DNA of 12,971 nt from Octopus sinensis (lineage: Eukaryota). This document shows, piece by piece, positions 1 through 8,698 of the stretch. Within the stretch, counting starts at the first letter, position 1; each line of letters starts with the position of its first letter. The notes under the pieces were generated by a model that was not told where the DNA came from, made no database searches, and was given only the letters and a program-made list of their open reading frames with translations. The position numbers and the translations under genes were made by a program. The DNA is taken from contig NW_021826897.1 of the NCBI RefSeq assembly GCF_006345805.1, positions 1-12,971 on the forward strand. Reading direction: 5' to 3'.

Positions 1-20
1 CTCATCAGGACATGAAATTA

Positions 21-160
21 AAGCACCCAGTACACTGTAAAATGGTTGGCATAAGGAAGGGCACTAAGCTGTTGAAATCATGCCAAAGCAGATATTGGAG
101 CTCAGCTCAGCAGCACCCTCTGGTTTGTTGGTTCCTCTTGAACCATCCAACCCATGCTAG
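21..160 (+). mobile_element. Degenerate 3' end of the RTE-type repeat family
   Basis: TGGTTGGCATAAGGAAGGGCA...TTGAACCATCCAACCCATGCTAG aligns with the better-preserved copy at ~12622-12751 (TGGTTGGCGTTAGGAAGGGCA...TTGAACCGTCCAACCCATGCTAG). Confidence 0.7.
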
Positions 161-188
161 TAAGGGGCAAAGGGACACTAAATAACAA

Positions 189-270
189 TGGGCTTCTTTC
201 AGCTTCCATCAACCAAATTCACTCACTAGGCTTTGGTTCACTCAAGGCTACTGTAGAAGACACTTGCCCA
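189..270 (-). mobile_element. Internal fragment of an octopus-type tRNA-derived SINE (antisense)
   Basis: GGGCTTCTTTCAGCTTCC...GGCTACTGTAGAAGACACTTGCCCA resembles a common octopus SINE segment as I recall it; there is no in-window second copy to confirm. Confidence 0.5.
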
Positions 271-639
271 GTTGTTGATATAAATACAATTAAAATAATG
301 GAGCCAACTCAATTGAGAATATCTCTTGACATAAAAGAATATTTTGCCTAGACAAAAGATTCTTTTAATTATCATTATAAATAATGATAATTATAAACAA
401 ATTGGTAATATCTTCTACAACCTTAGTCTTGAAACATCTGAATGAACTTATTTTGAGGGACAGTGACAGAAATACAAAGTTGTTAGTATAAGATTTAAGG
501 GTATTGTATTTGATCATCACTTGTACAACCTTTTATTCTGTATGCCCAAGAAATAAACTTCAATATTCAGTATTAGTTTTATCTGAATTAAGATTTTAAT
601 GTAATTACATAAGAAACATCTTAGCTTACTCAAATCTGA

Positions 640-824
640 CTCTTACAAGTTTAAAAAATAGCAGCTAAATATCCCTCAGAATTACAACTTCACCATCTTG
701 AAAAGAGAAGGGCACATTGAATAATGCAGTCTTAATTATGCAATGCCTGAAAGAATGATGGGATGGTCACAGCTGGAACATTCTCTCAATCACAGTTAAC
801 TTGGGTAGGGTTCAACAACAACAA
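640..824 (+). mobile_element. Unclassified retroposon-like repeat fragment with (CAA)n tail
   Basis: Ends in CAACAACAACAA (813-824); the body resembles a recalled octopus interspersed repeat. The boundaries are approximate. Confidence 0.35.
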
Positions 825-2201
825 ATATGTAGATAAGGTGAGATAGTCAAATACAAAATATTTGACAGAGGACAGGGGCATTGCAGAGCTAACATTTTAA
901 CTGAGCTTGTCAGGCAAAATTTATATTGCCTTTATATTAAGTTAAAGTGTGATCAGAAAGCCACAAGAGGACTTGAAGGGAGTACAAAATTTATTAGAGA
1001 AAGTAGTATGGTTAATAAGGAAGTAGAACTAGGCAAATATGTTTAGGGAAAAAGGGAGAGAGGAACATAGAACAAGTCTTGTTGAAATAAACAAGTAATA
1101 GCAGTCAGAAGATAAAGTCTGGAAACAAGTTATGCTTTAAGCATTTTTAATTATACAAATTAAAATTAATTAAATATTTTCACTAACTTTTAAGTCTTGA
1201 AATAGATTTTGAACTGTTTCAGTAGAGTAATAAGTTTTTATTTTAGGAGATAAGTTGGTATCTGTGATTATTTATTTTATGAACAAAAATAAGAAGGATT
1301 AAAAAAAAAAATCAAGTATTTATATATAATGTGTAAACAAATTTAAATGCACTGTCCAATAAATTGCTGGTTGACTTAGCTCACCTAATCTAGGTATCAA
1401 TAGCAATCCCTACAATCTGTATCATGTCTTAACTTGTCAGTGGCTGCTGAAGTTTATCCAACAATTTTCATCTACAAAGATAAACATTAGCTGATAAAAG
1501 ACTATAATCATTGACATTGTGTCAAACATAATCAATGATTAATAGTAAACTCTAAACAACTTACTTTGACCTTACTTTGACTAAAGAAAACTTCAAGAGT
1601 TTACTTTACAACAGTTTGGTTAGTGAAAAAATATTTAAATGAATTATTAAGGAAAGAATTTGATTTAGAATGAATTTTCAGAATGTTACATAAAAACTAA
1701 TTTTTTGATCTTGTATACCATTATCATAATCACACATCATTAATCTTAGCCTAAAATATCCCATTTAAATGAAAGACAGAAAAATATTTACTTTCAGTTG
1801 CAACAACTATATATTTCTAGGTAAATAAGATTGGCGGCAGGGGATTAGATAACATCTTCATAATAGAGTGAGGTTGGAGAGAATATATTTATGAACTTCA
1901 AAACTTTACAAAATATTTGAAGAGTTGATAGATATGTTGATAGATATGTTGTGAATATTATTAACTTAAGATCATTAAACATTCAAGGAAAACAATTTTA
2001 TTGAATGACATGCACACAATTTTTCAAAACATTTCCCTGTTCAGAGCTTGTTTAAATCGTCACATCTTTTCTAGTTTGTTCACATGTCTAATATGGAACA
2101 ATCTTGACTAGTTGGTAAAGAAAAATCAAAATAAATTCTTCTTGATAGGCAAGATTTTAACCACCCATTTTCTTAATAGTTTAAACAAGGTCATCTTCTG
2201 A

Positions 2202-2741
2202 ATGTCTCAAAATGTGCAGCATATGAGCTACTGGGAAAGACTCAAGAGATTAAAGCTCTATTCCCTGGAGCGTAGGCGAGAAAGATATGCCATAATATAT
2301 ATCTGGAAGATCCTGGAAGGTCTTGTCCCAGACTTTGGCATCGAGAGTCACACAAATGCCAGAACCGGACGCCACTGCGTAGTACCAAGGACTCCAAATT
2401 TGCCATCAAGATGTAGGACAAGATATTGTGATAGCCTGGGCTTCGAAGCCATGGCTCTTCATATCCTCCGAAGAACCTGAGGGACCTGCATGGTGTAGAT
2501 GCGGATGTTTTAAGTAGGACTGGACCTCTTCCTGTCAGGTGTCCCAGATGAACCAACTTCACGGCAGGAGGTGCAGATGAGGGCAGCTGCATCGAACTCT
2601 CTCATGCATCAGATGGCGTTTGCTAAAAAGCATCCGTGAGGTAAAATCGTGTAGCAAACCAAATGGCAGTGCCCCAGCATGGCCACAGCTCATTAGCTGA
2701 AACTGGAAAAATCAAATCAAATCAAAATCAAAATCAAATCA
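2202..2741 (+). mobile_element. 5'-truncated CR1/L2-superfamily LINE (ORF2 C-terminus, 3' UTR, (AAATC)n tail)
   Basis: Translation YWERLKRLKLYSLERRRERYAIIYIWKILEGLVP continues after frameshifts as PKNLRDLHGVDADV and LDLFLSGVPDEPTSRQEVQMRAAASNSLMHQMAFAKKHP* (stop 2637-2639). This is typical of post-RT CR1-group C-termini. The tandem AAATC tail lies at 2708-2741. Confidence 0.8.
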
Positions 2742-2878
2742 TATAATGTATAATCAGACAACTGATGTCAGAGGGGCGTATGAGGAAGGGGCGGGATGAC
2801 ACTATCAGAGTGTAAACATAATCCATTATCTCTTGTCACCAAGTTGATGAAATTTTAAAATACTTTTATTTTATATTT

Positions 2879-4422
2879 GGATCTTTTCCTTTTGAACGGC
2901 AGTTTTCGAATTTTAACCAATCAATGGCCTCTATTGAGCTAAAATCATTTGCTGCATCTAAAACTGAGACAACATCCTGTCACTAACCCTAACCCTAAAT
3001 TTTAGCCCTTCGTTTTTTTTTTTCTTAATTGTTACGCGTGTGTCTAAAATTATTCGTTTTGTTTTTGTCTTGAGTTTTTGCTTTCGTTTTTTTTTTCTTA
3101 ATTGTTAAATTTAAGGATAACAATTAAGAAAAAAAAAACGAAAGGCTAAAACGAAAGCAAAAACTCAAAACAAAAACAAAACGAATAATTTTAGACACAC
3201 GCATAACAATTAAATCAATTTAACAATTAAGAAAAAAAAACGGAAGTCTAAACTTAAGGGTTAGGGTTAGGGACAGGATGTTGTCTCAGTTTTAGATGCA
3301 GCAACTGATTTTAGCTCAATAGAGGCCATTGATTGGTTAAAATTCAAAAAAATTAAACTACGTTAAACTTACAATTTTCTCAAGAAAGCCAAGAGGGATC
3401 TTTTCCTTTTGAACGGCAGTTTTCGAATTTTAACCATCAATGGCCTCTATTGAGCTAAAATCATTTGCTGCATCTAAAACTGAGACAACATCCTGTCACT
3501 AACCCTAACCTAAATTTTAGCCCTTCGTTTTTTTTTTTCTTATTGTTACGCGTGTGTCTAAAATTATTCGTTTTGTTTTTGTCTTGAGTTTTTTGCTTTC
3601 GTTTTTTTTTTCTTAATTGTTAAATTTAAGGATAACAATTAAGAAAAAAAAAACGAAAGGCTAAAACGAAGCAAAAACTCAAAACAAAACAAAACGAATA
3701 ATTTTAGACACACGCATAACAATTAAATCAATTTAACAATTAAGAAAAAAAAACGGAAGTCTAAACTTAAGGGTTAGGGTTAGGGACAGGATGTTGTCTC
3801 AGTTTTAGATGCAGCAACTGATTTTAGCTCAATAGAGGCCATTGATTGGTTAAAATTCAAAAAAATTAAACTACGTTAAACTTACAATTTTCTCAAGAAA
3901 GCCAAGAGGGATCTTTTCCTTTTGAACGGCAGTTTTCGAATTTTAACCATCAATGGCCTCTATTGAGCTAAAATCATTTGCTGCATCTAAAACTGAGACA
4001 ACATCCTGTCACTAACCCTAACCTAAATTTTAGCCCTTCGTTTTTTTTTTTCTTATTGTTACGCGTGTGTCTAAAATTATTCGTTTTGTTTTTGTCTTGA
4101 GTTTTTTGCTTTCGTTTTTTTTTTCTTAATTGTTAAATTTAAGGATAACAATTAAGAAAAAAAAAACGAAAGGCTAAAACGAAGCAAAAACTCAAAACAA
4201 AACAAAACGAATAATTTTAGACACACGCATAACAATTAAATCAATTTAACAATTAAGAAAAAAAAAACGGAAGTCTAAACTTAAGGGTTAGGGTTAGGGA
4301 CAGGATGTTGTCTCAGTTTTAGATGCAGCAACTGATTTTAGCTCAATAGAGGCCATTGATTGGTTAAAATTCAAAAAAATTAAACTACGTTAAACTTACA
4401 ATTTTCTCAAGAAAGCCAAGAG
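2879..4422 (+). repeat. Three tandem copies of the element A left portion (517, 513 and 514 bp), each containing a ~438-bp palindrome
   Basis: Units start at 2879, 3396 and 3909, each with the TIR, and each ends in GCCAAGAG. In unit 1 the palindrome spans 2908-3345 with a 10-nt loop at 3108-3117. The units differ only by homopolymer-length indels. Confidence 0.95.
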
Positions 4423-5176
4423 GGATCTTTTCCTTTTGAACGGCACATGTCAACACAATTTCTAAACTTCGTATACTGGTAGAATGTGCTTATAAAACAT
4501 CATTTTTTCTTGGCTTTATTGAGAAAATTCTATAGTTTGTAAGATATTTCGAGCATTTCGGCAATTTTAACCAATCGCTGACCTCCATTTGGGGTGAAAA
4601 CATTCCGTGCTGTATGAATATCTCCCTCGTTTAAGAAATAGATTGGGTTTATTTACATTTGCGAAGAAAAAAAAGACACCCTTCCCCCACCCCTAAATCT
4701 AAAATAGATTGAAATGCAATAGATCGATACTAGGGTTATAATTATGGGTGACATTTTCATTTGACACCGCTAGAAAAAAATCCCATTTTCCGTAGCGGTG
4801 TCGTATGAAATTGTCACCCATAATTATAACCCTAGTATCGATCTATTGCATTTCAATCTATTTTAGATTTAGGGTTAGGGGTGGGGGAAGGGTATCTTTT
4901 TTTCTTCGCAAATGTAAATAAACCCAATCTGTTTCTTAAACGAGGGACATATTCATACAGCACGGAATGTTTTCACCCCAAATGGAGGTCAGCGATTGGT
5001 TAAAATTGCCGAAATGCTTGAAATTAAAGTGGAAATATGTTACAACATATAGAATTTTCTCAATAAAGCCAAGAAAAATGATGTTTTATAAACACATTCT
5101 ACCAGTATACGAAGTTTAAAAGTGTTTAGTTAACTAGAAATTGTGTTGACATGTGCCGTTCAAAAGGAAAAGATCC
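4423..5176. mobile_element. Element B: 754-bp foldback MITE of the same TIR family, inserted into element A
   Basis: Near-perfect palindrome with a 20-nt loop at 4773-4792; termini GGATCTTTTCCTTTTGAACGGCACATGTC and its complement. The 8-bp TSD is GCCAAGAG (4415-4422) / GCCAACAG (5177-5184). Confidence 0.9.
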
Positions 5177-5184
5177 GCCAACAG

Positions 5185-5288
5185 AAAAAAATGTTTTATT
5201 TTGACACATTCTACCAGTATACGAAGTTTAAAAGTGTTTAGTTAAGTAGAAATTGTGTTGAAAACTGCCGTTCAAAAGGAAAAGATCC
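5185..5288. mobile_element. Right end of outer element A
   Basis: Resumes after the TSD of B, is homologous to the right subterminal region of B (CACATTCTACCAGTATACGAAGTTTAAAAGTGTTTAG), and ends in the A-type TIR AAAACTGCCGTTCAAAAGGAAAAGATCC. Confidence 0.85.
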
Positions 5289-5398
5289 TTATAGTTCTTC
5301 TGCCTTCTAAACAAAATTCCATTTTATCCACTTGTAAAGCAAATTGTATATGAAGTCGTTTAAAACCTGCCGAAGTCAACTTTGCTTTTCATTTTTTC

Positions 5399-5478
5399 GA
5401 TAATATAAAGTACCAGTCTGGTACTACTTGCCGCCTTCCCCCGAAATTGCTGGCCTTGTGCCAAAATTCGAAACTATT
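5399..5478 (+). mobile_element. Degenerate SINE 3' fragment
   Basis: GATAA..AAGTACCAGT...CCCCGAAATTGCTGGCCTTGTG parallels the SINE fragment at 8756-8870. Confidence 0.55.
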
Positions 5479-6927
5479 GTAATTTTAATTTGTTTATATC
5501 ACTGATATTGTTATTTATTATATTCACTGATATTCGGGAATAACGGATTTATGAACAGTTTCTGTACACGAAAGGGTGACACCAACTTGTGACACTGTGT
5601 TGCGAAAGAAACTCCAAAGTACAACGAATAAACAAACAACATTCCAGTGTTCAAAAGGATGTGAATATCAGATTAAAAATCACAGACATATGTTGAAGAG
5701 AAAAAACACAACTAAAAAACAAAAACTGATATCTAGGTAGGTACCTGATCAGTATCTGGGCAGTTGAACAGCATGGCTGATTTTGGTAACAGAACGTGTA
5801 CAATTATTGCATACATACACAAGTGTGTGTGTATGTGCGTGTGTATGAGTGTGAATGTATGCATTTAGATATATGCATTAGCTGGAAATGGGAGAGTGAA
5901 AGAAGTCAACGAAGACAAGAATAGAGAGGAAAGGGATTAAAAGGAGGGTGGGCAATTAAAAGAATGTTTTGACTCAGCAAAAGAGAGTGTGTTTACGTCA
6001 GCTGATGACTTCCCACAGTCAGTTAACCCCTCTCCTCAGCACACTCACTAACATATGGTAGAAGAACCAACAAGTTAGAAGGAATATCGCTGTTAATGGT
6101 GAGGTTGTATTACCAATAAAAGCAGTGGTTAGACTTTCAGGACAAAATTTCTGCAAGCACAGCAAATGAAACTTGTCACATTTAAAAACACATACACTAT
6201 TTATGATAGATCGGAAATAAATTTTATAAAAGTAACAAGTTTGTTAATCAGATACCGTGAACAGTTATATATTGCAGAAGTCAGTGAAATTTAAGTGACG
6301 TTTCATGCTCACAGGGAACAGAATCGGCTGTGATATCGTCCTCGATTATAATTCTGTTCGACCATATTTAACAGATAATGCACACACACACAACTTTTAG
6401 AATACACAATTTACACTAGTGTTGTATTTTAAATCGCATGCACCGGGTATGAATATTCAAAGTATAAAAACCTTTCCTATGTAGAATAATTAATCATCTG
6501 GAGCATATTTGCATTAGCAAAATAGTCACATTTTTGTATTTGGATACACACATTTGTATGTATACATTCATACACACACAGTCGAGCTAGGTCAACTCAG
6601 GTTGTTGAATACTATACAATCTCATTTTTGCCCTCTTAAAACTGATTTCAAACATAGTATATGTGCGCATGTGTATCTGTGTATATAAACGTAAGCTCGT
6701 GTTCTACAAATATATTAACTCATAAAAAAACACACAGTGAATAACGTGGGATACACTGCATATTTGTAAATACACCTACACAAAGTTTTGTGAGACTAAG
6801 ATAACTGTTGGCACAGCTGTGCCAGGACTATACAATAGACTTCAGCCGGACAAAGTGTTCGACCAGTTTATTGTAGCAGCACTTCTTAACTACAAGAATA
6901 TAACGATGCATATTATTTATATATAAC

Positions 6928-6980
6928 ATATGTATGTATACCTGAATATCAGAACTGTTTAACACACACATATAAATCAT
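6928..6980. repeat. 53-bp inverted repeat, left copy (partner at 8699-8751)
   Basis: ATATGTATGTATACCTGAATATCAGAACTGTTTAACACACACATATAAATCAT matches the reverse complement of 8699-8751 at 52/53 positions. Confidence 0.9.
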
Positions 6981-7477
6981 GTTTTGTGACAACATTTGGT
7001 AGTGGTGGGGTCAATATTCAACTGAACTTTGATTTCGATTTCGGATTCTATCAACGAATGTTTATAGTAGAAAACTAACATGCAACGGGTGAGGGTTACA
7101 GTCAGCTGTGTGCGTGATTGTTAATAGTTCACTTGAAGTGGAAACAAATTCGACAGATGGAATTTTTATTTACGCTTGTGTGTCTGCCCGTGTATGAGAG
7201 AGGGAGATTAACATGTAACTGTAATTTTGTGTGTATGCGAGTTTTGTAACTTCTAATAAACTACATTTCTGTTAGAAAAATAACGATTTGAAACTATTTA
7301 CACAGCCCACTCAATATTATCGAACGTGAAAGAATAAGAAAACTAAAGTATTTTTCAGAGAAATAAAAGAAATAGAAAATTATTGAGATTCTGACTTTCA
7401 GAAACAATGACTGATAAAATCAGTTGAAGTTTAAACCATTGGGCGTTCAACACCAGCATGGTCAAATCAAAAGCACT

Positions 7478-7524
7478 TCATACGTTAGAATATATCATTT
7501 CAGCAGGGTCATAATCAACATTAT
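7478..7524 (-). CDS. Candidate terminal coding exon (phase 1): (D)NVDYDPAEMIYSNV*
   Basis: On the minus strand: branch-point-like CTAAC (7552-7548), a pyrimidine tract, a TAG acceptor (AG at 7526-7525), an open frame to TGA at 7480-7478, and a downstream AATAAA at 7170-7165. No upstream exon was found, and the peptide is too short to identify. Confidence 0.3.
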
Positions 7525-7821
7525 CTACAAGGAGTGTAAGTGGTAAAGTTAGTTAAGAGGACAGCTGTAGATCCATGTAACATATGGTAAGAGTTGAGGT
7601 GGGAAGCTACGGGAGCGCAGAAAGTAGTATTAATTAAAATCGACACAATGGACTACAGAAGGGAGAGTAAACTGAACATACAATTAATGCAGTATTGAAG
7701 GAACTGATTAAATTTACAAATTGGGAAAGAAAATTATAAATTTGAGCTTTAAACATTATTTGAATTTGTTGGTTCAGTGTTACACATCCATACACACACA
7801 TTGCATATGTTTATATATGCA

Positions 7822-7869
<48 letters not shown>
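7822..7869. repeat. (TG)n(TA)n microsatellite
   Basis: Direct reading; it abuts the left end of the hammerhead palindrome. Confidence 0.95.
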
Positions 7870-7870
<1 letters not shown>

Positions 7871-7900
7871 GCGAGAAAGAAGCAACAAGAATGGATAGTT

Positions 7901-7987
7901 TTTAGTACAATCGTTTCATACAAGGACAGGCTTTATTAAAAGTTGTAAAAATTACAGCATAAACGTGTCCCGTACTCATCAGCTAAA
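7901..7987 (-). ncRNA. Type I hammerhead ribozyme motif, left-arm copy
   Basis: The minus strand reads UUUAG-CUGAUGA-[stem II]-GAAAC-GAUU-GUA-CUAAA, giving a 5-bp stem I. Predicted cleavage lies between positions 7906 and 7905. Confidence 0.75.
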
Positions 7988-8344
7988 GTACATGTGAGTT
8001 CTCTAGACATCCTAGTGGTTGAGGCTATACTCATGAGTAATGTAGATAATTAAGTAACATAAACAATTTCCAAAGTTCATTAAAGTTCTTTAAAGATGAT
8101 GTACAGTCTTATCACAGAATTTTAAAAAAGTTTTAATAGCATCACAGAGAAGGTGACCTAATCCATATGTGCACTATGGATTAGGTCACCTCTGTGATGC
8201 TATTAAAACTTTTTTTAAATTCTGTGATAAGACTGTACATCATCTTTAAAGAACTTTAATGAACTTTGGAAATCTGTTTATGTTACTTAATTATCTACAT
8301 TACTTCATGAGTATACACTAGGATGTCTAGAGAACTCACATGTA

Positions 8345-8435
8345 TTTTAGCTGATGAGTACGGGACACGTTTATATGCTGTAATTTTTACAACTTTTAAT
8401 AAAGCCTGTCCTTGTATGAAACGATTGTACTAAAA
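8345..8435 (+). ncRNA. Type I hammerhead ribozyme motif, right-arm copy
   Basis: Stem I TTTTAG (8345-8350) / CTAAAA (8430-8435); core CTGATGA (8351-8357); stem II 8358-8417 (GTAC/GTAT, GGGACA/TGTCCT, TTTAT/ATAAA, TGTAA/TTACA); GAAA (8418-8421); 2-bp stem III with GATT loop; GUA triplet 8427-8429. Confidence 0.8.
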
Positions 8436-8585
8436 ACCTATCCATTCTTGTTGCTTCTTTCTCGCTTATAATCACCCCACATTACTGTATTGTTAAAACA
8501 GTATAGTTTTTTTTGGTGCATCTAAGTTAGGTACCATATTCAAGTAAATTCATTTAAATTAACTTGAATCTTTATTGCTTTTTGA

Positions 8586-8698
8586 GTATATATATATATA
8601 TATATGCACATTTATAATTTATATATATATATAAATATGCATAAATAAATATAGATATGGATACAGATATATACATATTTATTATACATAGACAATAT
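8586..8698. repeat. TA-rich low-complexity tract
   Basis: Direct reading. Confidence 0.85.

Larger units (their letters stand above)
2879..5288. mobile_element. Composite non-autonomous foldback DNA transposon (outer element A containing nested element B)
   Basis: Perfect 28-bp terminal inverted repeat (TIR): GGATCTTTTCCTTTTGAACGGCAGTTTT at 2879 and its reverse complement ending at 5288. Flanked by a 7/8 matching 8-bp TSD, TTATATTT (2871-2878) / TTATAGTT (5289-5296). No coding capacity. Confidence 0.85.
7871..8465. mobile_element. 595-bp palindrome; probable head-to-head pair of Penelope-like terminal repeats or retrozyme monomers
   Basis: Arms 7871-8167 and 8175-8465 flank a 7-nt loop (TGTGCAC) and differ by a few small indels, one 8-nt insertion and a substitution. 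Each arm carries a hammerhead motif and AATAAA. The palindrome itself is certain; the Penelope/retrozyme assignment is inferred. Confidence 0.65.

Noticed and set aside
154-351. 65-aa ORF
   Set aside because: It crosses unrelated repeat fragments and shows no recognisable protein features.
1560-1951. Short tandem duplications (11 bp at 1560-1581; 12 bp at 1924-1947)
   Set aside because: Ordinary slippage-type duplications; nothing supports them as transposon footprints.
2242-2592. 116-aa minus-strand ORF
   Set aside because: Antisense shadow of the GC-richer LINE coding fragment.
2871-5296. Both TSD mismatches fall at position 6 of 8
   Set aside because: With only two cases this is a 1-in-8 coincidence; the homologous sequence in the arm of B supports GCCAAG as ancestral, with a later point mutation.
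5470-5481. GAAAC-TATT-GTA, resembling a hammerhead 3' half
   Set aside because: It lies in a SINE tail, the loop is not self-complementary, and there is no upstream CTGANGA.
6002-6008. CTGATGA hammerhead core motif
   Set aside because: No GAAA, stem III or stem I follows.
5773-6098. Phase-compatible plus-strand mini-exons (5773-5785 and 6040-6098) giving MADFAHSLTYGRRTNKLEGISLLM
   Set aside because: The splice sites are plausible, but I found no convincing next exon and the peptide is unrecognisable; not distinguishable from chance.
6741-6926. Stop-free plus-strand frame (ITVGTAVPGLYNRLQPDKVF...)
   Set aside because: No start codon or convincing splice sites, and no recognisable motif.
7028-7042. 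15-bp match TTTGATTTCGATTTC to the RTE 3' UTR
   Set aside because: Low-complexity (AAATC-like) motif with no flanking homology.
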